Shown here piece after piece: positions 25,159 to 32,000 of a stretch of DNA of 32,000 nt. The DNA is from Candidatus Odinarchaeota archaeon (GTDB taxonomy: Archaea; Asgardarchaeota; Odinarchaeia; Odinarchaeales; Odinarchaeaceae): NCBI GenBank assembly GCA_038826135.1, contig JAWBON010000006.1, positions 340 to 32,339 of the forward strand, written 5' to 3'. A program made the translations under genes and the position numbers. Position 1 is the first letter of the stretch. Each line of letters opens with the position of its first letter. The notes below the pieces were generated by a model. The model was not told the DNA's origin, made no database searches, and saw only the letters and a program-made list of their open reading frames with translations.

Positions 25159-26247
25159 TTAGAAATAAGTCAGCTTCAACTGCCCTGTTTTCTCATCACT
25201 AGATAAATTAGAAACTCGCACCCCCGCCCGTCTAATACTGTAAGAATTATCATTAAGAAAATTATTAATCAACTTTAAAATATCGTTTTTCAAAGGCTTC
25301 AAAGATTTAAACCTACGCTCGAACGTCATAGATCTTGAATGAATTTTAAGATCAACAGTTATAAAAGTAACTGTTAACGTTTTAAAACTTAAGCCTTCAA
25401 CCGCAAGATCTTTATCTATATCTTCTATTAAAGTCTCCAGCTCGCTTAAAATATACGCAGGGTTACGGCTATCCTCTCGCAGAGTTTTAATCCTACCATG
25501 CTGGGCTGCTGGTCCACGGGGTTTAACAGGCTCCTCGTCAATCCCTCTAACCGCATTATAAATGTATAAGCCGGTTTTACGCCCGAAAACACTCATTAAC
25601 CGCTCTACAGGAACGGTTAAAATCTCGCTGACGGTTTTATAACCCATCTCCTCAAGCATGCGAGTGGCTTTTACACCGATACCAGGAATCTTAGAAAGCT
25701 TTAAAGTTTTAAGAAATTCTTCGCTTTCACCCGGTTTAATCACCGTCACACCGTTAGGTTTACGGAATCCGGCAGCGATCTTCGCTAAAAGCTTATTATA
25801 GCTAACACCGATAGAGCAGGTGAGCCCGGTTCTCAAATAAACATCAGACTGTAAGTTAATCGCATGACCGTAGCTTTTATCGAAAAAACCATTCAACATA
25901 CTTGTAGCGTCAAGATACGCTTCGTCAATACTAGCCTGCTCGAAAACATCCCCATATTTTTTAACAATATTCATCACTTCATCTGAAACACTCTCATAAT
26001 ACTCTTTTCGAACAGGTAGGAAAACAGCGTTCAACCCTGTTAAACGCTTCTCAGCTATTCTAATAGGTAAACCCGCCTTAACATTATATCGCCGGGCAGT
26101 ATAATTCGCCGCCGCTACAACACCGCTACCCCCACCCCGATCAGAGTAAACACATACAACCACAGGTTTACCCTTCAAATTAGGGTCCTCCCTCTCCTCA
26201 ACCTGTGCGAAAAAATAATCCAAGTCTACGTGTAAAATAATGCGCAT
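25159..26247 (-). CDS. dinB: Y-family DNA polymerase IV (DinB/Dpo4/Dbh)
   Basis: HVDLDYFFAQVE, NYTARRY.V.AG.P, SIDEAYLD, AKIAA..KPNG and IPGIG; C-terminal clamp-binding-like QLKLTYF. Confidence 0.96.
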   Translation of the reverse strand: MRIILHVDLDYFFAQVEEREDPNLKGKPVVVCVYSDRGGGSGVVAAANYTARRYNVKAGLPIRIAEKRLTGLNAVFLPVRKEYYESVSDEVMNIVKKYGDVFEQASIDEAYLDATSMLNGFFDKSYGHAINLQSDVYLRTGLTCSIGVSYNKLLAKIAAGFRKPNGVTVIKPGESEEFLKTLKLSKIPGIGVKATRMLEEMGYKTVSEILTVPVERLMSVFGRKTGLYIYNAVRGIDEEPVKPRGPAAQHGRIKTLREDSRNPAYILSELETLIEDIDKDLAVEGLSFKTLTVTFITVDLKIHSRSMTFERRFKSLKPLKNDILKLINNFLNDNSYSIRRAGVRVSNLSSDEKTGQLKLTYF

Positions 26248-26357
26248 ACCCGGTTAGACTCCTAAATATTGAAAAATACAGTTCAACGAACACAATCTAA
26301 TAAGTTTTTAAATTTAATAAACATTAATATATCTATTAAATATTAGGGGGAGAGTTT

Positions 26358-26894
26358 TTGAAACGGGAAAGAGAATTAGCCTGCGAATATTTAGACTTCC
26401 TGTACGAATTTTTAAAAACCGGTTACAGTTCGCCTGAAGACTTTAAGCCTAAAAGCATCCAAGAGAAAATTAGTTTAATAAATGTCATGTTGAAAAGATT
26501 TGCGAGAGAGGATGAAATCATAAAAAAACAGTTAGAACTATACCTGGAGATAGAGGGTTTAAGGAAACAAGTTTTAAAAGAGCTTGCCGAATACATGGAT
26601 AGTATTCAAGCAGCCTGCCTGGGAAGAGCAGATGAGAAAATAACCAGGTACCTTCTAGAATCGTCTGAAAACCATATATTGAATGCTCTAGAAGCCTGTA
26701 AACGAATAGAATCCAAAATCGGAGAAGCAAAAAATCAGACTGGAGCGGAGGCCTCCCAGCTAATACTCAACTGGATAAAAGATAATCATAAATTAATGCT
26801 GGAACGCCTTCAACGCGCGGTTCAAATACTTAAGGCCGCCGGTGAAGAATTAGAGAAAATTAAACAATATAATAAAACAAACTCTGAACAGTAA
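26358..26894 (+). CDS. Hypothetical all-alpha protein, 178 aa
   Basis: TTG start after AGGGGGAG; amphipathic helical composition; no confident family. Confidence 0.65.
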   Translation: MKRERELACEYLDFLYEFLKTGYSSPEDFKPKSIQEKISLINVMLKRFAREDEIIKKQLELYLEIEGLRKQVLKELAEYMDSIQAACLGRADEKITRYLLESSENHILNALEACKRIESKIGEAKNQTGAEASQLILNWIKDNHKLMLERLQRAVQILKAAGEELEKIKQYNKTNSEQ

Positions 26895-26976
26895 ATAATT
26901 CGCTGTTTAAATATTTCATAAAACTAGAGTTAAAGAAGTAATTAATTAAATCCATATTAATAGTAGAAGGTAAAGA

Positions 26977-27996
26977 TTAGTTAACGTTTGAAGCAACTCT
27001 TCTCCTAATATATTCACGTATAAACGGTTTAAATAACGTTAACGAGAATCTTCGAAAACTTCTTCTAACAGGGTTAACTGTTTTTCCAACAGTTTTATAA
27101 TAGTCTTCTAAACAGGTTCTCTGATGACCTAGAATTTTCTGCAGCCACTCCGACTCCTCTTCATTAAAATAGCCGCCATGCGATATACTAGTTTCAAAAG
27201 CCTCAGCCGGTAAAAGATTATTAGAGTAACCTAGAATCGGCAGGAGTCTGCCTAAAAATTCTTTGAACATTACTCTACACTTTGCCCCTCCGCCGAGATT
27301 ATATTTGCCGTTCACAAGCTCCGGGTGGTTTAAAGCTTCAACTAAGGCGTGAGCACAGTCCTCCGCGCTAATCCATTCTAAATAGGTGTCTAACGGCATA
27401 GTTAAAGCTGTTTGAAAAGTTTTAAAATCAATGTCAAAGCTTTTGATGAAGACAGCTCCAAGCCGGAATATAGTCCAATCCAGGTTTGAAGATTCAATAA
27501 TTTTTTCACACTGTATTTTCGTCTTAGTATAAGTGTCAGGTGGATTAGAGGTTAAAGGATCAGTACTCTTTATCCAAGGGCTACGCCGCCTATCCCCGTA
27601 TACTGCTACTGATGAGGTGAAAATCAATCGATTTACACCCGTCTCTTTCATCGCGTTAATTATATTTTCGGTGCCGTTTATGTTTACTTTTTCCGCCAGC
27701 GTCGGGTTTTCTTCAGATAAAGGCGGGATTACGGCAGCTAAATGGATCACAGCATCCATGTCTTTAACAGCGTTTTTAACAGTCGGGTAATCTGTTATAT
27801 CACCCCAGTGAACTTCAATCTTATCACTATATTGTTTAATTAATTTATTAAATCGCTCAAGTTTTCTTTGATATGTTCTCTGCGGTGGAAGCGGTTTCTC
27901 GAGAACTCGGATATTATAATTTTTGTTGATTAATTCTATTAGTGTAGGGGTTCCTACGGTCCCGGCTGCTCCTGTTAAAAGAATGTTTTTAAACAT
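26977..27996 (-). CDS. NAD-dependent epimerase/dehydratase (extended SDR)
   Basis: ILLTGAAGTVG (GxxGxxG), GDITD, VIHLAA, N..GT, FTSS.AVYG and catalytic YTKTK. Confidence 0.94.
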   Translation of the reverse strand: MFKNILLTGAAGTVGTPTLIELINKNYNIRVLEKPLPPQRTYQRKLERFNKLIKQYSDKIEVHWGDITDYPTVKNAVKDMDAVIHLAAVIPPLSEENPTLAEKVNINGTENIINAMKETGVNRLIFTSSVAVYGDRRRSPWIKSTDPLTSNPPDTYTKTKIQCEKIIESSNLDWTIFRLGAVFIKSFDIDFKTFQTALTMPLDTYLEWISAEDCAHALVEALNHPELVNGKYNLGGGAKCRVMFKEFLGRLLPILGYSNNLLPAEAFETSISHGGYFNEEESEWLQKILGHQRTCLEDYYKTVGKTVNPVRRSFRRFSLTLFKPFIREYIRRRVASNVN

Positions 27997-28010
27997 TATA
28001 TCACCATAAT

Positions 28011-28042
28011 ATGTTTATTAAAAACATGTTTGTAAACAACAT
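28011..28042. promoter_or_regulatory. Two overlapping ATGT-N9-ACAT palindromes, candidate PadR operator
   Basis: ATGTTT-ATTAA-AAACAT (28011-28027) and ATGTTT-GTAAA-CAACAT (28026-28042) in the divergent SDR/PadR intergenic region. Confidence 0.55.
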
Positions 28043-28098
28043 ATATAAATATTACCTTAATATAGTTAAACACGTAAAAACAAAATCAGGCGGGTTAA

Positions 28099-28626
28099 AT
28101 GAGTGATTTAAAAATAACAGATGAAGAACGGAGAAAAATCCTGAAAGAGTTTTTTGACAAGCCTAAAAAAATCCTGTTAAGACTGTACATATTAACAAAA
28201 CTCTTAGATGGAGCGGAGCACGGTTACAGTATTAGGAAAACAATACTTGAAAACACGTTTAAAACATGGAAGCCGTCAAATTATTTAATATATAATGAGT
28301 TGAAAAGTTTAGAGCGCAGCCAACTAATAAATAGTATAATTCAAAAACGCGGGGAGCTTAAACTTAAAAAATATGTTTTAACAAGTCAAGGCCGCCAAGA
28401 ATTGTTCAAACTGGGTATAACAATAATCAGCATATTCGACACAGCCAGCTTAGGTTTAGATCTAAAATTTCCATCCACTCGAGAACAGGTTAACAAATGG
28501 TTAAGTGATATAGATAAGTTTCCAGCGGATCGGAAAACAGAGCTATTGGTTAAAATGCAAAGGGCTGTTGAAATATTTCTGGAGGCTATAAAAACTAGAT
28601 TACAAAAAAGATCTGAAACCGGTTAA
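28099..28626 (+). CDS. PadR family transcriptional regulator
   Basis: LYILTKL...HGYSI.K.I......KPS..LIY..LKSLE...LI......KKYVLT.QG..EL plus a C-terminal helical extension. Confidence 0.9.
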   Translation: MSDLKITDEERRKILKEFFDKPKKILLRLYILTKLLDGAEHGYSIRKTILENTFKTWKPSNYLIYNELKSLERSQLINSIIQKRGELKLKKYVLTSQGRQELFKLGITIISIFDTASLGLDLKFPSTREQVNKWLSDIDKFPADRKTELLVKMQRAVEIFLEAIKTRLQKRSETG

Positions 28627-28653
28627 TGAGTTTTTTCAGGCGTGTGAGCGTTA

Positions 28654-29580
28654 ATGACTAAAGAAATCAGTGAACCAGCTTTAAGTAAAGATGCTGAAAA
28701 AGGGTTTCTTCTAATCTTATTCGCAGCCTTAGCGTGGGGTAGCTCCTTCCCGGTTATAAAATGGGGTTTAGGCTTTATCAATCCTTTACTATTTTTAACT
28801 TTCAGGTTTCTCCTCGCATGCTTAGTAATGATACCTTTCGTAAATAATAGTGATGGTCAAATAAATAGACTGTTTAAAAACAAGTTTGTAATCGGTTTAA
28901 GTGTTTTAAACTCAGCCGGCTACATATTAGAGTTCACAGGATTAATATTCACCACAGCGTCGAAAGCATCCCTGCTTGTGAATGTGAACGTGGTTTTAGT
29001 AGCGTTATTCTCCACTCTTCTGTTGAGAGAACGTTTAGGTAAACGTAAGTTAATCGCGTTAATATTAGGGTTGGCAGGGGTTGCGATTATCACTCTAGAC
29101 GGGGATTTATCTAATCTTTTCACAGGTAGTCTTATCGGAGATATCATGGTTGTCTCGGCTGGGGTTGTGTGGGCTTTATATATAGTTTACTCGAGGAAAA
29201 TAGTTGTTTCGGGTAATCCTGGAATAGATGTGGGTAGTGTTAACTTAAGTTGGGCTATTATAATATTAACCACGATTATATTTTCACCCGCTGCTGCTGT
29301 ATATGTTTTATTCGAGCCTACTCAGCTTTTAGGCTTATTATCTTTTGAAGCGGTTTTCGCTATAATATATTTAGGTGTGGTTTGCACAACTATCGCTTTC
29401 ACACTTTATTTTAAAGGTTTAAAGTATGTCTCTGCATCCAGCACGGCTTTAATACTGTTATCGGAGATTGTTTTCGCAATAGTATTATCAAGCATTTTAC
29501 TAGTGGAGCCTGTCACTGTTTATATTATAATCGGAGGCTTATTGATCAGTTCAGCTATTATTCTGTTAAGGAAAAGTTAA
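28654..29580 (+). CDS. EamA/DMT family transporter
   Basis: AWGSSFPVIK, FRFLLA and GL..TTAS.ASLL with a duplicated EamA repeat; about 10 TM segments. Confidence 0.93.
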   Translation: MTKEISEPALSKDAEKGFLLILFAALAWGSSFPVIKWGLGFINPLLFLTFRFLLACLVMIPFVNNSDGQINRLFKNKFVIGLSVLNSAGYILEFTGLIFTTASKASLLVNVNVVLVALFSTLLLRERLGKRKLIALILGLAGVAIITLDGDLSNLFTGSLIGDIMVVSAGVVWALYIVYSRKIVVSGNPGIDVGSVNLSWAIIILTTIIFSPAAAVYVLFEPTQLLGLLSFEAVFAIIYLGVVCTTIAFTLYFKGLKYVSASSTALILLSEIVFAIVLSSILLVEPVTVYIIIGGLLISSAIILLRKS

Positions 29581-29620
29581 AGGTTGGTGATATTATTTTT
29601 TGGCTGTTCACACTCTTAAA

Positions 29621-29648
29621 GTATTACTTTCCATAAAATTTATATTAC
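29621..29648. promoter_or_regulatory. NikR-like operator GTATTA-N16-TATTAC
   Basis: 6-16-6 near-palindrome (one mismatch) overlapping TTTATA (29639-29644), about 30 nt upstream of the cbiM/nikM start; same geometry as the E. coli NikR site GTATGA-N16-TCATAC. Confidence 0.55.
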
Positions 29649-29679
29649 TATTCAAGTTTACAGGTTAAGGGTGACATAT

Positions 29680-30354
29680 ATGCACATACCAGACGGCTTC
29701 CTAGACATAACATTAAGCATTATGATGTTCGTGTTAGCAGCCTTAATATGGGCTCCATCATTCTATAAAACAAATAAAAACATAAATGAAAAAAACATAC
29801 CGCTCATGGCGGTTCTGACAGCCGGAGTGTTCGCAGCTCAAATGTTAAACTTCCCCATTATAGGCGGTACAAGCGGCCACCTTATCGGAGCGACGCTGAT
29901 AGCTGTTTTTATGGGACCTTACCCCGCTGTGGTAAGCATGACCATCATTCTATTAATTCAAGGCTTAGTTTTCGGAGACGGCGGTTTAACCGCTTTCGGA
30001 GCTAACAGTTTCAACATGGCGATTATCGCCGTTTTCACAGGTTTCATCGCATACTCTCTTATAAGAAAATATGTTAAAGGCCAGATAGGAATCATCACAG
30101 GAGTGTTCGCAGGCTCCTGGCTCTCCGTATTCATAGCAGCGCTAGCATGCGGGTTAGAAATAGGCGCTTCAAGCATCTTCCCATACGGCGTTGAAATCAC
30201 AGTTCCCGCGATGCTCTTCTGGCATGTAATAATCGCCTTCGGTGAAGCGATAATATCCACTGCAGTAGTAGGTGTTGTGCTTAAAACCAGTCCGGAGCTG
30301 ATCCCAACCATTCAAGGCATGAATGTAATTGTGGAAACATCATTATCAACTTAA
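29680..30354 (+). CDS. cbiM: ECF transporter S component CbiM/NikM
   Basis: Diagnostic N-terminus MHIPDGFL (GGTGA SD 5 nt before ATG 29680, so the track's GTG at 29671 is probably not the start); FAAQMLNFP, GGTSGHLIG and GDGGLTAFGAN. Confidence 0.93.
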   Translation: MHIPDGFLDITLSIMMFVLAALIWAPSFYKTNKNINEKNIPLMAVLTAGVFAAQMLNFPIIGGTSGHLIGATLIAVFMGPYPAVVSMTIILLIQGLVFGDGGLTAFGANSFNMAIIAVFTGFIAYSLIRKYVKGQIGIITGVFAGSWLSVFIAALACGLEIGASSIFPYGVEITVPAMLFWHVIIAFGEAIISTAVVGVVLKTSPELIPTIQGMNVIVETSLST

Positions 30355-30370
30355 AGTGGAGGCTGAAAAA

Positions 30371-30667
30371 ATGGGTTTAAATATAATATTTCCTCGTTGG
30401 GCTAAAATAACTCTGATCGGTATCATAATATTACTAGCGGTTTTCATACCTTTAGCATCGGTTTTCCCTGACGGTCTTGAAAGAGTGGCTGAAACCCTGG
30501 GTGTAAGTGAAGGGGAACCTTTATGGACTGCGCCGATCCCCGACTACTTCATAAACCTAGGCGGGGAATGGCTTGGAACACTCATCCCCGGATTAATCGG
30601 AATAACCCTCGTCACGGTGGTAACTGTAGGTGTCTCTCTAATATACTTGAAATACAAGAAGCGTTGA
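30371..30667 (+). CDS. PDGLE-domain accessory component (NikN/CbiN-like)
   Basis: LASVFPDGLERVAE motif, PIPDY and two TM helices; GGAGG SD before ATG 30371. Confidence 0.88.
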   Translation: MGLNIIFPRWAKITLIGIIILLAVFIPLASVFPDGLERVAETLGVSEGEPLWTAPIPDYFINLGGEWLGTLIPGLIGITLVTVVTVGVSLIYLKYKKR

Positions 30668-30687
30668 AAAATACGGGGCTGTTGTGA

Positions 30688-31527
30688 ATGCTCTTCTCTA
30701 AACTATATGAATTCGTTAAAGACGTGTTCGTGTTAGAGGAGAGCGCTCAGAAAAATTTTTTTCTTCAAAAACTAGATCCTAGAGTTAAACTAGCCGCCAC
30801 AATTATAGGAGTGGTGTGTGTTATCTTAATCAGTAACATAATATTCTACGCTTTTTTTATTATAACCGGTTTAATTTTAGCGGCAGCAAGCCGGGTTAAC
30901 ATTAAAGATTTCATATTGAGAAGTCTGGTTTTCATCGTCGTCTTCACGTTATTAATCAGTATACCTTTACTGTTTATAACACCGGGGCGTGTAATAGCTT
31001 CAACCAGTATATTTGGTTTAACGTTAACCGTGACTGTTGAAGGCGTCTGCAACTCGTTAACGCTGGTTCTAAGAGTTTGGGCAGCTTTATCATTATTAAA
31101 CCTGTTAGTGATGACTACACGCTTTGACCAGGTTACAACCGCGCTTTCAACCCTGAAAGCACCTAGATTATTTCTAATTTTATTCGATCTAACTTTGAAA
31201 TATATTTTCGTAATCGCATATGAAGCATTAAGAATCAACAGAGCACAACAAGCTCGGCAATTTCATAAACCTGGCTTGATTGAGAGGATAAAATCAGTAG
31301 CGCCTGTAACAGTTAACATATTTCTTCGAAGCCATATAAGAGCGGGTAACGTTTATAATGCGATGCTGGCGAGAGGGTTTAACGGAAAATATCATACGTT
31401 AAATGTTTTAAAGCTTAAGCGAGCAGACATAATCTATCTTGTACTATCCGCCGGGTTTTTCATTACTTTAATTTTAATAGATAGGGGAATAATATTTCCG
31501 AACATCACCCTTTTATTAACAATATAA
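30688..31527 (+). CDS. cbiQ: ECF transporter T component CbiQ/NikQ
   Basis: LQKLDPRVKL, TT.FDQ...AL..LK.P, LTLKYIFV..E..R...AQQAR and AMLARGF. Confidence 0.93.
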   Translation: MLFSKLYEFVKDVFVLEESAQKNFFLQKLDPRVKLAATIIGVVCVILISNIIFYAFFIITGLILAAASRVNIKDFILRSLVFIVVFTLLISIPLLFITPGRVIASTSIFGLTLTVTVEGVCNSLTLVLRVWAALSLLNLLVMTTRFDQVTTALSTLKAPRLFLILFDLTLKYIFVIAYEALRINRAQQARQFHKPGLIERIKSVAPVTVNIFLRSHIRAGNVYNAMLARGFNGKYHTLNVLKLKRADIIYLVLSAGFFITLILIDRGIIFPNITLLLTI

Positions 31528-31550
31528 TCACTATTTCAAAGGTGAAACAT

Positions 31551-32000
31551 ATGAAGCCTATACTGGAAGCCCGCCAACTTTATTTCAAATATCCGAAAAC
31601 AGATAAAGGATTATTCGACATTAATTTAACAATAAACCAGGGTGAATGTGTCGGAATAATAGGGCCTAACGGTGCTGGAAAATCCACTTTACTACTGCAC
31701 TTTAACGGTTTACTGAAACCTCAGAAAGGAGATATCCTCGTAAACGGTTTAAGCACACTTAACCCAGATAATATTTATAAAATTCGCAGGCTTGTCGGCT
31801 TAGTCTTCCAGGACCCGAATGATCAAATATTAAAAAATATTGTTGAAGAAGAAGTAGCGTACGGTCTTTTAAACACGGGTTTAGATCAGGGGGTCATTCT
31901 TGAAAAAGTGAACAATGCTCTTGAAACCGTTGGTTTAGAAGGCTATAATAAACGGGTGACCCTTCTTTTAAGCTACGGTGATAAAGAAAAGCTTTCAATA
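31551..32000 (+). CDS. cbiO: ECF transporter ATPase CbiO/NikO (partial; runs off the window, absent from the ORF track)
   Basis: My translation: MKPILEARQLYFKYP...GIIGPNGAGKSTLLLHFNGLLKPQKG...VGLVFQDPNDQ...LSYGDKEKLSI (Walker A, Q-loop, signature region). GGTGA SD. Confidence 0.93.
   Translation, partial: MKPILEARQLYFKYPKTDKGLFDINLTINQGECVGIIGPNGAGKSTLLLHFNGLLKPQKGDILVNGLSTLNPDNIYKIRRLVGLVFQDPNDQILKNIVEEEVAYGLLNTGLDQGVILEKVNNALETVGLEGYNKRVTLLLSYGDKEKLSI

Noticed and set aside
841-31238. Other short overlapping ORFs in the track (841+, 9470+, 9827+, 10034+, 11966-, 13361+, 15284+, 16730-, 18896-, 19204-, 22253-, 22627-, 23077-, 23656-, 23986-, 24850-, 26518-, 27533+, 28920-, 29958-, 30846-)
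   Set aside because: They are shadow or off-frame ORFs overlapping genes with clear family motifs, with no motifs or SD support of their own.
1-32000. CRISPR array, tRNA or rRNA genes, IS elements, integrase or prophage genes
   Set aside because: By eye I found no regularly spaced 25-40 bp direct repeats, no tRNA T-loop/cloverleaf signature, no rRNA-like sequence and no transposase, recombinase or capsid motifs. Short or intron-split RNAs could have been missed without tools.

Overview
AT-rich archaeal chromosomal window. Most genes have GGTGA/GAGG-type Shine-Dalgarno sites matching the archaeal 16S 3' end; a Roadblock/LC7 gene and several coiled-coil orphans suggest an Asgard archaeon (inference only). 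1-8295 (minus): complete type I-B cas operon (cas6-cas8b-cas7-cas5-cas3-cas4-cas1-cas2, cas2 cut at the window edge). No CRISPR array is in the window, and cas8b probably carries an internally translated cas11. 8.4-15.8 kb: mostly uncharacterised genes, including a sequon-rich membrane-anchored protein, a Roadblock protein, small orphans, a membrane protein with NPP1/Vps62-like motifs, an MFS transporter, a desulforedoxin-like miniprotein and three related long coiled-coil + C-terminal winged-helix proteins without ATPase domains. These three are the best candidate for an undescribed system. 15.9-21.3 kb: thyX, GDT1/TMEM165, a UPF0282 MBL hydrolase, a stand-alone HdrA-N-like domain with two tandem ferredoxin paralogues and ArsR, a ferritin-like protein and a CoA-binding protein. 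21.3-32 kb: APC permease, M1 aminopeptidase, DinB/Dpo4, an orphan, an SDR/PadR divergon with tandem palindromes, EamA and a CbiM/NikM-type ECF transporter preceded by a NikR-like operator. Two strong plus-strand G/T-rich patches independent of gene orientation are also visible. No rRNA, tRNA, transposase or integrase was recognised. All calls come from motif recognition without database searches.
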